Shown here in pieces: positions 1 to 11,477 of a stretch of DNA of 55,460 bases. Source of the stretch: Planctomycetota bacterium (lineage in GTDB: Bacteria; Planctomycetota; UBA1135; UBA2386); NCBI GenBank assembly GCA_041164325.1, contig JBEAPQ010000326.1:1-55460 (forward strand). Reading direction: 5' to 3'. Under the pieces are notes generated by a model. That model saw only the letters and a program-made list of their open reading frames with translations. It was not told the DNA's origin and did no database searches. The translations under genes and the position numbers were made by a program. How positions within the stretch are numbered: position 1 is the stretch's first letter; every line of letters starts with the position of its first letter.

Positions 1-1074
1 CGCGATCGCCACGCCGCAGCCCGTGAACACGGCCATCACGCCGCGCGGACTCGCCCCCATCGCGGTCAGGATGCCGATGTCGTGCGTCTTCTCGGTGACC
101 ATCATCGACAGCGTGGCGTACATCAGGAACGCCGCGACGACCATGATGACGAACAGCACGAGCTTCATCAGCGAGCGCTGGTGCTCGACGTTGCCGATCC
201 GGCCCGCGTTGGCCTCGGCCCAGGTGCGGACCCGGATCCAGGAGCTGCCGCGACCGGTCACGCCCTCGGCGAGTGCGCGTTGGAGGCGCCCGGCCGTCGC
301 TTCTGCGTCCGAGGGGTCGTGGAGGCGGATGGCGACTTCGTTCGCGGACGCGGTGCCGGGGTTCTCGCTGAGGAACGCGCGCATCGTGTCGATGTGCACG
401 AAGACGTTCAGGCCGTCGAATCCCGCGTAGCTGGTCTCGTAGGCTCCCGCGACGCGGCACGCGAGCGGGCGGAAGTCGAGCTCCTCGCGCCCGCCGCTGC
501 GACGCATGCGTCCGACGGTGAGCTTGGCGCGGTCGCCGGCCATCACTCCGTCTTCCGCCATGCGCTGGCGGCTCAGCACGAGGGCCGGCAGGCCGTCCAG
601 CGCGTCGAGCGGCCGATCCGGATCGGCGACGCGGATCCGGGGGTCCTCGATGCCGGTGATCCAGTCCCGGAAGCCCGTGACGCCGCGTTCCAGTTCGGGC
701 TCGATCCCGAGCACGGAGACGAAAGGCGTCGCAGCGCCGAGTTCGCTCATGCCCGCGGGCGGAGCGGCGCGTCCGACCTGCTCACCGAACGGATGGACGA
801 GGCCTTGCCAGACGATCCGCGGGGAGCAGGCGGCGACGTTCTCGTCGGCCTCGACGATGCTGCGCACCTCGTCGAAGTCGACGCCTTCGGGCAGGTTGAT
901 CGCGGTCATGTCCGCCGTGCTGCTCTGCAGGTGGCGCGCGACCTCCTTCAGGAAGCCCGAGAAGATCGACACGACGACGATCAGGGCCCAGACCCCGAGC
1001 ATGATGCCGACCACGCCCAACGCATTGATGGGGCGGGCCAGCAGGTAGCGGAGCGCGAGGAAGTAGCGGTACAT
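1..1074 (-). CDS. LolC/LolE-family lipoprotein-releasing ABC permease (FtsX-like); the C-terminal end runs off the window
   Basis: Not in the ORF track because there is no stop in the window. My own minus-strand translation from the ATG at 1074-1072 gives [34 protein letters not shown]... and ends ...[44 protein letters not shown]. It is clearly paralogous to the 1800-3206 permease and lies next to lolD. Confidence 0.85.
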   Translation of the reverse strand, partial: MYRYFLALRYLLARPINALGVVGIMLGVWALIVVVSIFSGFLKEVARHLQSSTADMTAINLPEGVDFDEVRSIVEADENVAACSPRIVWQGLVHPFGEQVGRAAPPAGMSELGAATPFVSVLGIEPELERGVTGFRDWITGIEDPRIRVADPDRPLDALDGLPALVLSRQRMAEDGVMAGDRAKLTVGRMRRSGGREELDFRPLACRVAGAYETSYAGFDGLNVFVHIDTMRAFLSENPGTASANEVAIRLHDPSDAEATAGRLQRALAEGVTGRGSSWIRVRTWAEANAGRIGNVEHQRSLMKLVLFVIMVVAAFLMYATLSMMVTEKTHDIGILTAMGASPRGVMAVFTGCGVAIA

Positions 1075-1087
1075 CCCGGGCGTTCCC

Positions 1088-1783
<696 letters not shown>

Positions 1784-1799
1784 CGTGTGGGGGCTCCGG

Positions 1800-3206
1800 T
1801 CATTCGTGGGACAGGGCCCGGACGGGGTCCATGCGCGCCGCGCGGCGCGCCGGCAGCCAGGCGGCGAGAAGGGTGATGGCGAGGGCCGAGACGGCGACCT
1901 GGGTCACCCAACCGGGTTCGATCTCGTAGGGGATCTGGTCGAGCGAGTAGAGAGCGGTCGGGAAGAGCTCGACGCCGAGCTTGGCGCGGCTCCAGTCGTT
2001 GATGTCGTTCAGGTAGTGGGCGGACAGCAGGCCGGAGACCACGCCCAGCACCGCGCCCGCCACCCCGATGACTCCACCCGACAGCACGAAGATCCGCAGG
2101 ATGCCGGGCGGGGCGGCGCCCATCGACGTCAGCACGCCGATGTCGCGCGTCTTCTGCGTGACCGTCATGTGCAGCGTCGAGTAGATCAGGAACGCCGCGA
2201 CGAGCATGACTGCGAACAGGATGAGCTTCATCATCCCGCGTTCCTGATCGACGGCGCCGAGGAACACGCGGTTCTGCTGTTCCCAGGTCAGCACCGTGGC
2301 CCCTGGCTGGGCCGCGAGGAGCGCAGCCTGGACGCGCGCGGCGACGGTCGCAGGGTCCGCGCCCGGCCGCACGCGGATCGCCACGTCGCTGACCAGGTCG
2401 ATCGCGAACGGATCGTCGGGGTGCTGGCCGAGCATCTCACGGAGCGCGTCGATGCCGACCAGGGCCGTCGTCTCGTCGAGGATCTGGTGGTTGGTCTCGA
2501 AGCAGCCGGAGATCGTGAAGTAGCGGCGGACCTGGACGAGGTCGGTGTCTTCGCCACGGTCGACGAAGCGTGCGGTCACGACCGACAGCTGCTGTCCGAG
2601 ATCGAGCTGCGACGCGCGCGCACGCCGCGAGCTGACGAGGACGCCGGGCGAGGCCTTCAGCAGAGGTCCCGGCGTGCCGGGCTGCCGGGCCTCGCGCCGC
2701 CACTTCTCTTCGAGCGCGACGGGAACCTCGAGCGGGTCGTCCGGAACGGCCGGGGCGAAGCCGTGTGCGGCGCCCTTCTCGATCCATGTCCGGAAGCCGG
2801 TGGTCTCCTTCTCGCGCTCGGCGTCGATGCCGACCAGCTCGACGAAGTCGAACGCGAGCGGGGACGTGACCATGCCGCGCGTTTGCTGCAGGTGCTGGCC
2901 GAGTCGCCCGTAGGGGAAGTACATCCCGTGGTGACGGAGGCGAGGCGCCGTGCCGACGACGTCCTCGTCGGCTCGGATCAGCGCGTCGAGTTCCTCGAAC
3001 GAGGCTTCGGCGTCGAAGCCGGTCGCGAGGAGGTCCGGGGTCGCGATCCGGATGCTCTGACGGATCTCGCTGATGAACCCGGAGAAGACGGCGATGACGA
3101 CGATCAGTGCCCAGACCGCCACCGCGACGCCGAGCGTCCCGAGGATGTTCACCCAGCGCGTGCGCAGGTAGCGCAGCGCAAGGAAGCCCGAGTAGGCAGG
3201 GATCAC
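1800..3206 (-). CDS. LolC/LolE-family lipoprotein-releasing ABC permease (FtsX-like)
   Basis: The ORF track gives 1800-3257. The N-terminus FLALRYLRTRWVNILGTLGVAVAVWALIVV and the C-terminal FtsX motif KTRDIGVLTSMGAAPPGI fit the family. I prefer the GTG at 3206 (VIPAYSGFLALRY), which matches the paralog's N-terminus and avoids overlapping lysS. 3257 is the alternative start. Confidence 0.85.
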   Translation of the reverse strand: MIPAYSGFLALRYLRTRWVNILGTLGVAVAVWALIVVIAVFSGFISEIRQSIRIATPDLLATGFDAEASFEELDALIRADEDVVGTAPRLRHHGMYFPYGRLGQHLQQTRGMVTSPLAFDFVELVGIDAEREKETTGFRTWIEKGAAHGFAPAVPDDPLEVPVALEEKWRREARQPGTPGPLLKASPGVLVSSRRARASQLDLGQQLSVVTARFVDRGEDTDLVQVRRYFTISGCFETNHQILDETTALVGIDALREMLGQHPDDPFAIDLVSDVAIRVRPGADPATVAARVQAALLAAQPGATVLTWEQQNRVFLGAVDQERGMMKLILFAVMLVAAFLIYSTLHMTVTQKTRDIGVLTSMGAAPPGILRIFVLSGGVIGVAGAVLGVVSGLLSAHYLNDINDWSRAKLGVELFPTALYSLDQIPYEIEPGWVTQVAVSALAITLLAAWLPARRAARMDPVRALSHE

Positions 3207-3237
3207 GTGCGGGCGGGCGGGACGTCGGTCAGGGGGT

Positions 3238-4734
3238 TCACGGCGCGGCACCCGCATCGGCGGGGGCCTCGGTCTCCTCCGAGGTCATCGCCGAGGCGTC
3301 GACACGCCGGAGGAGGGGGAACAGGATGACGTCGCGGATCGAGTCCGAGCCGCTCAGCAGCATGGCGAGTCGGTCGATGCCAATCCCGAGGCCGCCCGCA
3401 GGCGGCATGCCGAACTCGAGTGCCGACACGTAGTCGACGTCCATCTCGGAAGGAGTCTCCTCGTCCTTGTGCACGAGCTGTTCGGCGAACCGGCGCTCCT
3501 GGTCCTGCGGGTCGTTGAGCTCGCTGAACGCGTTGCCCATCTCCATGCCCGCGACGAACAGCTCGAACCGCTCCGCGATCCGCGGGTCTTCCGGACTCTG
3601 CTTGGCGAGCGGGCAGACGGCGACGGGGTAGTCGTGGACGAAGACCGGGCCACGCAGAGTGTCCTCGACCGTCTCCTCGAAGATGTCGTTGGCGATCTTC
3701 GGCAGCGGCAGTCCCGCGGTCTTCAGGCCGAGCTCCTCGGCACGCGCCATGACGGAGGCCTCGTCGAACCAGTCGACGCCGGGGTTGGCTTCGGCGAACA
3801 GATCCAGGTAGCGCGCTCGCTGGAACGGGGGGCGCAGGTCGTACTCGGCCCCGCGGAACGAGACCTTCGATCGGCCGCCGAGCACCGTGTCGCAGAGGTG
3901 CGCGAACAGCCCCTCCACGCGGTCCATGATGTCGAGGTAGTCGGCCCAGGCCTCGTAGCTCTCGAGCATCGTGAACTCCGGGTTGTGCCGGGTGCTGATG
4001 CCCTCGTTGCGGAACACGCGGCTGACCTCGTAGACGCGCTCCATGCCACCGACCAGGAGGCGCTTCAGGTACAGCTCCGGCGCGATGCGCAGGTAGAGCT
4101 GCATGTCGAGCGCGTTGTGGTGGGTGACGAACGGTCGAGCCGTGGCGCCACCCGACACCGGGTGCAGCATCGGCGTCTCGACCTCGAGGTAGCCCAGCCC
4201 GTCGAAGTAGGCGCGGATCTCGCGCACGATCTTCGAGCGGAGCACGAACGTGTCGCGGACCTCCGGGTTCGCGAACAGGTCGACGTAGCGCATCCGGTAG
4301 CGCGCCTCGACGTCCTGCAGCCCGGCCCACTTCTCCGGGGGGTGCCGCAGCGCCTTGGTCGCGAGGATGACGTCGTCCGCCCAGATGGTCGGCTCGCCCT
4401 TCTGGGTCACGCCGAGCTCGCCGAGGATCACGACCTGGTCGTTGGCCTCGACGAGCTTGCGGTGCGGCCAGAACGCGGCCAGCCGGTCCCGCTGGAAGCC
4501 GATCTGGATGCTCCCGCTCCGGTCGAGAAGGTGCGAGAAACGCAGCTTGCCGAAGTCCCGGACCTGGGTGAGTCGGCCGCCGACGACGACCTTCTCACCG
4601 TGTCGCCCGTCGAAGCCGTCGAGGCAGGACGCGATCGGAACGGGCTTCGGGACGCGGGGTGGATAGCTCGGGATGCCCGCTTCGGCGAGCTTGTCGAGCT
4701 TGGGCAGGCGGTCTGCAGCGATCTGGTCGGTCAA
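3238..4734 (-). CDS. lysS: Lysine--tRNA ligase (class II LysRS)
   Basis: Class II motifs are YLEVETPMLH, FRNEGISTRHNPEFTMLE and GMPPAGGLGIGIDRLAMLL. The track ORF extends to 4983, but its first ~80 aa are Arg/Pro-rich junk that overlaps the Rieske gene. The TTG at 4734 (LTDQIAADRLPKLDKL) gives a normal ~498-aa LysRS. The exact start is uncertain. Confidence 0.9.
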   Translation of the reverse strand: MTDQIAADRLPKLDKLAEAGIPSYPPRVPKPVPIASCLDGFDGRHGEKVVVGGRLTQVRDFGKLRFSHLLDRSGSIQIGFQRDRLAAFWPHRKLVEANDQVVILGELGVTQKGEPTIWADDVILATKALRHPPEKWAGLQDVEARYRMRYVDLFANPEVRDTFVLRSKIVREIRAYFDGLGYLEVETPMLHPVSGGATARPFVTHHNALDMQLYLRIAPELYLKRLLVGGMERVYEVSRVFRNEGISTRHNPEFTMLESYEAWADYLDIMDRVEGLFAHLCDTVLGGRSKVSFRGAEYDLRPPFQRARYLDLFAEANPGVDWFDEASVMARAEELGLKTAGLPLPKIANDIFEETVEDTLRGPVFVHDYPVAVCPLAKQSPEDPRIAERFELFVAGMEMGNAFSELNDPQDQERRFAEQLVHKDEETPSEMDVDYVSALEFGMPPAGGLGIGIDRLAMLLSGSDSIRDVILFPLLRRVDASAMTSEETEAPADAGAAP

Positions 4735-4823
4735 CGCGGCTCTCCGGAACGGCGGCGGATCGCGGACCTTAGCCGATGCAGCGCAGGCGACCCAGCGGAA
4801 GATCGGGCGCGCTGCGGCGCCGG

Positions 4824-5150
4824 TCAGGAGTCGACGAGGCGGAGCCGGACCTCGACCTGGCCGTCGTTGGTCCGGACTTCGTGTGTGCCGAGCTTCTGCG
4901 TCGGAGCGGTCCGGCAGTCTCCGGTGGCGAGATCGAAGGACCAGCCGTGCCACAGACACTCGACCGTGCCCCGCTCCGGGCATGCGATTCCGGTCGACAG
5001 GGGGCCGCCTGCGTGGGGACAGGAGTCGTCGACCGCGCGGAAACCGGAGGTCGTCCAGAACACCGCGATCTCGCGGCCCTCGATCTGGATCGCGGAGGCG
5101 CCGCGATCCCTGAGCTCTTGCTCGGCCCCGACCCGATGCCAGTCGGTCAC
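4824..5150 (-). CDS. Small Rieske [2Fe-2S] domain protein (NirD-like ferredoxin)
   Basis: The tail of ORF 4824-5453 carries the Rieske ligand motifs CPHAGGPL and CLWHGWSF. The GTG start at 5150 overlaps the trmB stop (GTGA at 5150-5147). Confidence 0.75.
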   Translation of the reverse strand: MTDWHRVGAEQELRDRGASAIQIEGREIAVFWTTSGFRAVDDSCPHAGGPLSTGIACPERGTVECLWHGWSFDLATGDCRTAPTQKLGTHEVRTNDGQVEVRLRLVDS

Positions 5151-5872
5151 GAGGACGCTCCGCCGACGCTGCGGAATGCGAACCGACGGATGATGCGTCC
5201 CTCGGCGAGGTACTTCCGCTCGAAGTTGGTCGGGGAGAACGCGTGTCCGGGGCCGGCTTCGATCAGCGTCCGCTCCTCGCTCTCGTCGCGGACGAGGAGT
5301 GGCGAGGCGCCGAGGACGCGCGCGATCTGGCCGGCGTAGCTCGGGTTGTCCGTGGCGACCAGCAGGTGGCCGCCCGGGCGGAGCACGCGGTGGGCGAGGC
5401 GGGGCGCGTCTTCGGTGAAGAAGCGACGCCCACGGTGGCGCCGCTTGGGCCACGGGTCCGGGAAGTAGACGTGGAGCCGGTCGATCGAGTGCGGCTGGAC
5501 GCGGTCCTCGAGGTAGAGGCGGGCGTTGTCGACGAGCAGGACCGCATTCTCGCGGCCGGCCTCGACGAGTCGGTCCGCAGCGAACGTGGCGTACGAACCC
5601 GCGGCCTCGATGCCGACGAAGAACGTGTCCGGTCGGACTCCGGTCGCCGCGACGAGGTAGGCACCCTTGCCGGAGCCCACTTCGATCTCGACCTTCGCGT
5701 AGCCCGTGGGCACCAGCTCTTCGAGCGGCGGTGGGTCGTCTCCGCCGACGATGATCGGCAGCTGGCCGCGGACCTCGACCGGCGGCACGCGCTTGCGGAA
5801 CGACAGCTTGCCGCCCACCGACATGCGGTGGGCGCGGCCGAGGACTTCTCCGGAAGCGCTGTCAGCGGGCAT
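5147..5872 (-). CDS. trmB: tRNA (guanine46-N7)-methyltransferase TrmB
   Basis: SAM-binding motif VEIEVGSGKG and the family motif HVYFPDPWPKRRH are present, and ...FSPTNFERKYL lies near the C-terminus. I chose the internal ATG at 5872. The track's start at 5929 is the alternative. Confidence 0.85.
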   Translation of the reverse strand: MPADSASGEVLGRAHRMSVGGKLSFRKRVPPVEVRGQLPIIVGGDDPPPLEELVPTGYAKVEIEVGSGKGAYLVAATGVRPDTFFVGIEAAGSYATFAADRLVEAGRENAVLLVDNARLYLEDRVQPHSIDRLHVYFPDPWPKRRHRGRRFFTEDAPRLAHRVLRPGGHLLVATDNPSYAGQIARVLGASPLLVRDESEERTLIEAGPGHAFSPTNFERKYLAEGRIIRRFAFRSVGGASS

Positions 5873-5943
5873 CGTGCGGGAGCATAGCCTCGCGGTGGTT
5901 CGGCACGGAAGGCCGAGGCACGGGGGCAAGCGCCGCTGGCGCG

Positions 5944-6282
5944 TCAGTGGCCTTCGCGGACGAGGTTGACGTTCCAGCTGGGGATGCGGACGCGGATCGC
6001 GTCGCCGTCGGGCGCGCGCTCGATGCGTGCCTGGCAGCCGAGCCGGCTGTCCAGTCCGAGATCGCGGGCTGCATCGAGCTGGTCCTCTTCGTCCTCACTC
6101 GCCTCGTTGAGGGCATCGGCGCCGGCCTCGACGCGGACGTGGCACGTCGAGCAGGCGCAGACCGCGCCGCACGCGTGGTCGAGCGGGACCGCGTTCCGCA
6201 TCGCGACGTCGAGGATCGAGTCGCCCACGGCGGCGTCGAAGGTGCCGTGGTCGACGAAGTGGACGGAGATGCCTTGGGTCAT
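5944..6282 (-). CDS. fdx: ISC-type [2Fe-2S] ferredoxin
   Basis: 112 aa. [15 protein letters not shown] ... SRLGCQARI is collinear with proteobacterial Fdx. Its ATG overlaps the hscA stop (ATGA at 6282-6279). Confidence 0.9.
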   Translation of the reverse strand: MTQGISVHFVDHGTFDAAVGDSILDVAMRNAVPLDHACGAVCACSTCHVRVEAGADALNEASEDEEDQLDAARDLGLDSRLGCQARIERAPDGDAIRVRIPSWNVNLVREGH

Positions 6283-8129
6283 CGGGCTTCGGGCTTCTGC
6301 GGTTCGGTCAGGGCCTTCTGGACTGCGGAGCCGATCACGTCGTCGGCGATCTGTGCCGTGCGGCGCGACAGGTCCTCGACGGCGCGCTTCAGCTCGTCGG
6401 TCGGCGTGTCGTCCGCCGCGAGCAGGCGGTCGACCTTGTTGGTGGCCTTCTTGACCGCGTAGGTCTGGTCGGGCGGCAGGTCCGACAGCTCGAGCGCGCG
6501 TCGGGTGCCGTGGACCATGGCGGCTGCCTTGTTGCGGAGCTCGATCGCCTCCCGCGCCTCCATGTCCTCGATCGCATGGTCGATCGACGCGCGCATCATG
6601 GCGCGGACCTCCTCTTGCGTGAGTCCGAAGCTCGGGACGACCTGGATCGACGCGGTCACGCCGGTGCGTTGCTCCTGGGCGAGGACCCGGAGGACACCGT
6701 CCGCATCGACCATGAACGTCACCGCGATCCGCGGCAGGCCGGCCGGCATCGGCGGAATGCCGCGCAGACGGAACGACGCGAGCTTCCGGCAGTCGACGAT
6801 GCGCTCGCGCTCCCCCTGGTAGATGTTCAGCTCGACGGCGGTCTGTCCATCGACCTGCGTCGAGAACTCCTCGGTCTTGCTGGTCGGGATGGTTGCGTTC
6901 CGCAGGATCAGCTTGCTGACGACGCCGCCCATCGTCTCGAGTCCCAGCGAGAGCGGGATCACGTCGAGGAGCAGCAGGTGTCGGCTGCCGCCGGCCAGGA
7001 TGTCCGCCTGGATGGCCGCGCCGAGCGCGACCGCCAGATCGGGGTCGACGCCGGCGTGGGGCTCCCTGCCGGTTGCTGCCGCGACGCGTTCGCGGACCAG
7101 CGGGACCCGCGTCGAACCGCCGACGAGGACGAGGTCGTCGATCTGATCGGGGGTTCGCTCGGCGTCGCGGAGGGCCTGCCGGAGGCAGGTCAGCGTCCGG
7201 TCGACGAACGGGGCGATCAGCGCCTCGAACCGCGCGCGCGTCAGCCGCAGCGTGACCGGCTCGTCGCGGCCGAGGTCGATCGACAGCTCGGCCTCGTCCG
7301 CGGTCGAGAGCTCGATCTTCAGGGCCTCGGCGGACCTGCGGATCGCCTGCTTGACGTAGGGGTCGTCGGCCAGCGCTTGGGCGCCGGCGGCAGCGAGGAT
7401 CTCGTCGGCGATGACCCGGTCGAAGTCGTCGCCTCCGAGGTGGGTGTCGCCAGCCGTGGCGAGGACCTTGAAGACCCCGTCGCGGATCTCCAGCACCGAA
7501 ACGTCGAAGGTCCCGCCGCCCAGGTCGTAGACCACGACCGTTCCGTCATGGCTCCCGTCGATGCCGTAGGCGAGCGACGCCGCGGTGGGCTCGTTGACGA
7601 TGCGAAGACACTTGAGTCCCGCGAGCTCGGCGGCGTGGCGCGTGGCCTGCCGCTGGGCGTCGTCGAAGTAGGCGGGGACCGTGATCACGGCTTCCTCGAC
7701 CGGCATGCCGAGGGCGGCCTCGGCCTGCGAGCGGACGGCTCCCAGCACGCGCGCCGACAGCTCCTCCGGCGACCACGCGTGCCCGTCGATCGGGATGCGG
7801 GCGAGGCCGCGCTCGGGCTCGGGGACGACGGGGTAGGGGAGGCGCGCCGCCTCGGCCTCGACGTCGGTCCGCGTGCGTCCGAGCAGTCGCTTGACCGAGT
7901 GCACCGTGCGCGCCGGCAAGTCCAGGGCGCGGGCCTTCGCTGTGGCGCCGACGATGGGTTCTCCACCGTCCTCGGGGAACGAGAGGACCGAGGGAATCAG
8001 GGCGGCTCCGTCGGCGGCGCGCAGCACGCGCGGTCCATGCCGGGTGACGACGGCGGCGAGGCTGTTCGTCGTGCCGAGATCGATGCCGACGACGATGCGG
8101 TTCGAGGCGGGGGTGGCGTCGGCGGTCAT
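6279..8129 (-). CDS. hscA: Fe-S cluster assembly Hsp70 chaperone HscA
   Basis: 616 aa with Hsp70 motifs [14 protein letters not shown] and [13 protein letters not shown]. It sits between hscB and fdx, and its ATG overlaps the hscB stop (ATGA at 8129-8126). Confidence 0.93.
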   Translation of the reverse strand: MTADATPASNRIVVGIDLGTTNSLAAVVTRHGPRVLRAADGAALIPSVLSFPEDGGEPIVGATAKARALDLPARTVHSVKRLLGRTRTDVEAEAARLPYPVVPEPERGLARIPIDGHAWSPEELSARVLGAVRSQAEAALGMPVEEAVITVPAYFDDAQRQATRHAAELAGLKCLRIVNEPTAASLAYGIDGSHDGTVVVYDLGGGTFDVSVLEIRDGVFKVLATAGDTHLGGDDFDRVIADEILAAAGAQALADDPYVKQAIRRSAEALKIELSTADEAELSIDLGRDEPVTLRLTRARFEALIAPFVDRTLTCLRQALRDAERTPDQIDDLVLVGGSTRVPLVRERVAAATGREPHAGVDPDLAVALGAAIQADILAGGSRHLLLLDVIPLSLGLETMGGVVSKLILRNATIPTSKTEEFSTQVDGQTAVELNIYQGERERIVDCRKLASFRLRGIPPMPAGLPRIAVTFMVDADGVLRVLAQEQRTGVTASIQVVPSFGLTQEEVRAMMRASIDHAIEDMEAREAIELRNKAAAMVHGTRRALELSDLPPDQTYAVKKATNKVDRLLAADDTPTDELKRAVEDLSRRTAQIADDVIGSAVQKALTEPQKPEAR

Positions 8130-8653
8130 CGGGGGTCCAGGTCGGTCAGGGTCCGCGCGTCGAGATCGGCGAGAGCCTTGCGGAAGTATTGGGACTGGTG
8201 GAGTGCGGTCGCAGCCGCGCGCGGGTCGCCCGCTTCCAGTGCGGACGCGATGGCGACGAACGTCTCCTCGACGCGCGCCGCGATCTCCTCGCGGAGGGCG
8301 TCCGCGTCGGCGGGACCGGCTTCGGACACCGCCTCGGCCAGCTCCATCGCCTCGACCAGGAAGGGCGGAGACAGGGTCCGGGTCGCCTCCCGGGCGGCGG
8401 TGTCGAGCCGGTCGATCAGCACACCCGCACGGAGCCAGCGGTCCTTGAGAAGCCGGTAGGCGTCATTGATCGCGGCCGAGCGTGCGAGCGCCTCGGCCAG
8501 CACCGCCGGGTCGTCCGAGGTGCGGAGCTCTTCCGACCAGCGATCCGGATGGGCATCCCGAGAGTGGGCGAGGTAGCTCGTCTCCAGAGCACGGAGGTCC
8601 AGCTCGAGCGCGGGGGCCAGGCCGAGGGTGGCGAAGGGGTCGGGTTGCGACAC
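8126..8653 (-). CDS. hscB: Fe-S cluster co-chaperone HscB (J-domain)
   Basis: J-domain [35 protein letters not shown] with the HPD tripeptide. The GTG at 8653 gives ~175 aa, the typical HscB length. The track start at 8737 would overlap iscA by 29 nt. Confidence 0.8.
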   Translation of the reverse strand: MSQPDPFATLGLAPALELDLRALETSYLAHSRDAHPDRWSEELRTSDDPAVLAEALARSAAINDAYRLLKDRWLRAGVLIDRLDTAAREATRTLSPPFLVEAMELAEAVSEAGPADADALREEIAARVEETFVAIASALEAGDPRAAATALHQSQYFRKALADLDARTLTDLDPR

Positions 8654-8708
8654 GGTCGGGTGCGGGGCCGCGTGGGGCTCGGATCGGCGGGACGCGAGCG
8701 GTTCCGGC

Positions 8709-9089
8709 TCAGGCCGAGAACGACGTGCCGCAGCCACAGCTGCCGGTCGCCGACGGGTTGCGGAACACGAAGCCCCGATCGAGCAGGCCGTCGTTGAAGT
8801 CCAGCGTCGTCCCGCCCATGAAGAACTCGCTCTTCTTGTCGATGACGAGCTTCACCCCGTGCTCCTCGAACGTCAGGTCGAACTCGGTCGGGCCGTTGGC
8901 GTCGAAGTCGAGCACGTAGGAGAACCCCGAGCAGCCGCCGCCCTTCGCGCCGATCCGGACCCAGGTCGAGGTCTCCGGCATCGCGTGCTCGGCCATCACG
9001 CGGACCACTTCCTGGGCCGCGCGCTCGGTGATGTGGATACCGCGCGTGGACTTGGGGCCGGTCGCGCTGGTGTCTTGGGCTTGGCTCAT
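8709..9089 (-). CDS. iscA: Fe-S cluster insertion protein IscA/ErpA (HesB family)
   Basis: 126 aa with GGGCSGFSY and the C-terminal SCGCGTSF cysteine motif. Confidence 0.9.
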   Translation of the reverse strand: MSQAQDTSATGPKSTRGIHITERAAQEVVRVMAEHAMPETSTWVRIGAKGGGCSGFSYVLDFDANGPTEFDLTFEEHGVKLVIDKKSEFFMGGTTLDFNDGLLDRGFVFRNPSATGSCGCGTSFSA

Positions 9090-9098
9090 CGTGGTCCC

Positions 9099-9500
9099 TC
9101 AGGACTCGGCGGGTGCGTCCGCTCCCTGCTTGGAGCGGTAGTCCTCGATCGCGGCCTTGATCGCATCCTCGGCCAGGACCGAGCAGTGGATCTTGACCGG
9201 TGGGAGCGCGAGCTCCTCGACGATCTGCGTGTTCTTGATCTGCATGGCTTCGTCGATCGTCGTGCCCTTCAGCCACTCGGTGGCGAGGGAGGACGACGCG
9301 ATCGCCGAGCCGCAGCCGTAGGTCTTGAACTTGGCGTCCACGATCCGCCCGTCGTCGTCGACCTGGATCTGGAGCTTCATCACGTCCCCGCACTCGGGAG
9401 CGCCGACGACGCCGGTGCCGACGTCCTTGGCGTTCTTGTCGAGCGCGCCGACGTTGCGTGGGTTGTTGTAGTGGTCGAGGACCTTGTCGCTGTAGGCCAT
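9099..9500 (-). CDS. iscU: Fe-S cluster scaffold IscU
   Basis: 133 aa with MAYSDKVLDHYNNPRNVG, GAPECGDVMKL, YGCGSAIASSS and PPVKIHCSVLA. Confidence 0.95.
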   Translation of the reverse strand: MAYSDKVLDHYNNPRNVGALDKNAKDVGTGVVGAPECGDVMKLQIQVDDDGRIVDAKFKTYGCGSAIASSSLATEWLKGTTIDEAMQIKNTQIVEELALPPVKIHCSVLAEDAIKAAIEDYRSKQGADAPAES

Positions 9501-9552
9501 GGCCGTTCGATCTCGGAGGGGTTGGCGGGAAGGGAGGTGGAGAGGGGCAGGA

Positions 9553-10773
9553 TCAGTGGTGTGTCCACTTCACCTTCGAGAGGTCGACGCCTTCCTGGAC
9601 CATCTCCCAGAGCGGGGACATCTCGCGGAGGCGGTTCACTTCGCGGACGACGAGATCGACGACGAAGTCGACCTCGGCTTCGGTGTTGAAGCGTCCGACC
9701 GAGAAGCGGATCGAGCTGTGGGCGAGCTCGTCGCCGAGCCCGAGGCTCTTCAGCACGTAGCTCGGTTCGAGCGAGGCGGACGTGCAGGCCGATCCGGAAG
9801 ACACGGCGACGTCCTTGATGCCCATGATCATCGACTCGCCCTCGACGTACGGGAACGAGATGTTCGACAGGTGGGGGAGCCGATGCGTCGTGTCGCCGTT
9901 GATGACGGCGTCCGGGATCCCGGCGAGGATGCCCTGCTCGAGGCGATCGCGCAGCGCCGTGACCTTCGCGACGTCGGCGTCGAAATCCTCGCGCGCGATC
10001 CGGGCCGCTTCACCCATGCCGGCGATACCCGGCACGTTGAGCGTGCCCGACCGCATGCCGCGCTCGTGACCGCCGCCGTCCATCAGCGGCGCGAGACGGA
10101 CGCGCGGGCTCTTGCGCCGCACGTAGAGCGCGCCGACTCCCTTCGGTCCGTAGAACTTGTGTGCCGACAGCGACAGGAGGTCGATGCCCTGGCTCTGCAC
10201 GTCGAGCGGCATCCGTCCTGCGGACTGGGTGGCATCGGTGTGGAAGAGGACGCCCTTCTCCTTGCAGAGCGCGCCGATCTCGGCGATCGGGTGCGCCGTG
10301 CCGGTCTCGTTGTTGGCCGCCATCAGCGACACGAGGATCGTGTCCGGTCGGATCGCCGCGCGCAGGGCGTCCAGATCGATCCGGCCCTGGCCGTCGACTT
10401 CGAGCCAAGTCACCTCGCAGCCCTGCTGCTCCAGGTGCTTGAGGGGATCGATGACCGCCTTGTGCTCGGTGACGCAGGAGATCAGGTGGCGCCCCTTCGA
10501 CGCATACATCTCCGCGACGCCCTTGATCGCGAGGTTGTTCGCCTCGGTCGATCCGCTGGTGAAGACGATCTCCTTCGGGTGCGCGCCGATCAGGCGGGCG
10601 ACTTCTTCGCGGGCCGTGTCGACGGCCGCTTCGGCCTGCCAGCCGAACGCGTGGTTGCGGCTCGCCGCGTTGCCGAAGTCCTCCGCGAAGTAGCGCACCA
10701 TCTTGTCGACAACGCGCGGGTCGCACTGCGTCGTCGCGCTGTTGTCCATGTAGATCGGGGTCTTGATGGTCAT
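9553..10773 (-). CDS. iscS: Cysteine desulfurase IscS
   Basis: [15 protein letters not shown] start at 10773, PLP-lysine region [12 protein letters not shown] and active-site [17 protein letters not shown]. The upstream part of track ORF 9553-11085 overlaps iscR and looks non-coding. Confidence 0.95.
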   Translation of the reverse strand: MTIKTPIYMDNSATTQCDPRVVDKMVRYFAEDFGNAASRNHAFGWQAEAAVDTAREEVARLIGAHPKEIVFTSGSTEANNLAIKGVAEMYASKGRHLISCVTEHKAVIDPLKHLEQQGCEVTWLEVDGQGRIDLDALRAAIRPDTILVSLMAANNETGTAHPIAEIGALCKEKGVLFHTDATQSAGRMPLDVQSQGIDLLSLSAHKFYGPKGVGALYVRRKSPRVRLAPLMDGGGHERGMRSGTLNVPGIAGMGEAARIAREDFDADVAKVTALRDRLEQGILAGIPDAVINGDTTHRLPHLSNISFPYVEGESMIMGIKDVAVSSGSACTSASLEPSYVLKSLGLGDELAHSSIRFSVGRFNTEAEVDFVVDLVVREVNRLREMSPLWEMVQEGVDLSKVKWTHH

Positions 10774-10856
10774 GGCAGGTGGGTGCTGTCGGAGCTCGGC
10801 TTGCGGATGCGTCAGTGCGCGTGCGTTGATCGGCGGACGTCGCCGCGCAGATGCGT

Positions 10857-11477
10857 TCAGCGGGCTTGGTCGGACGGAGTCGTCGGCCGTGGGGTGACCG
10901 TCGGGTCGAGCGAGGTCGCCGGCGTTGGTGTGCGGGACGGGAAGAACTCGGGGGGGATCGCGCTGCCCTGGCTGGTCTCGAGACCGGCCAGTTCGACGAG
11001 CTTCAGTTCGTTGAGGAGGCCCTGGATGCGCGCGTTGAGGACGAGCAGGGGTCCCTTCGATTGGCAGAGACCCGCAAGGTTGCACGCCTCGTGGATGCCG
11101 ACACCGTCGATTTCGTCCGCGCCGTCGCCCTGCGGGCTGCCGTCCGACGAGCAGTCCGGGCGGTGCCCGAATTCACGCTCGTGGGCGCACTCGACGAACG
11201 AGAACGGTCCCTCGACCGCGCGGAGGATGGCGCCCAGGCTGATCTGGCGGGGCGAGGCGGCGAGTCGGTAGCCGCCGCGCGCGCCGCGGACCGAGTTGAG
11301 GAAGCCGGCGCGGGTCAGGTCCTTGAGGAGGTTGGCGACCAGCGACTTGTTCAGCGCCGAAAACGACGCCAGCTCCTGCGCGCTCACGAGCGCGTCCCGG
11401 CCTTCCTCGGCAGCGCGGCGCGCGAGGTAGGACAGGATGAACACGGCGTAATCGGCTTTCTTCGTGATCCGGAACAT
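10857..11477 (-). CDS. iscR: Rrf2-family transcriptional regulator (IscR-like) with atypical Cys spacing and a Pro/Thr-rich tail
   Basis: 206 aa with the Rrf2 winged-helix [13 protein letters not shown] ... [15 protein letters not shown]. It is the first gene of the isc operon. Confidence 0.85.
   Translation of the reverse strand: MFRITKKADYAVFILSYLARRAAEEGRDALVSAQELASFSALNKSLVANLLKDLTRAGFLNSVRGARGGYRLAASPRQISLGAILRAVEGPFSFVECAHEREFGHRPDCSSDGSPQGDGADEIDGVGIHEACNLAGLCQSKGPLLVLNARIQGLLNELKLVELAGLETSQGSAIPPEFFPSRTPTPATSLDPTVTPRPTTPSDQAR

Noticed and set aside
10774-11085. Upstream extensions of the track ORFs for iscS (to 11085), ygfZ (11464), glnS (22247), topB (26713), the FHA protein (32350), lysS (4983) and the GspJ-like gene (46150)
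   Set aside because: The extensions overlap neighbouring genes or intergenic DNA, have junk-like composition, and conserved N-termini begin at internal start codons. The ORF track simply reports the most upstream ATG, GTG or TTG.
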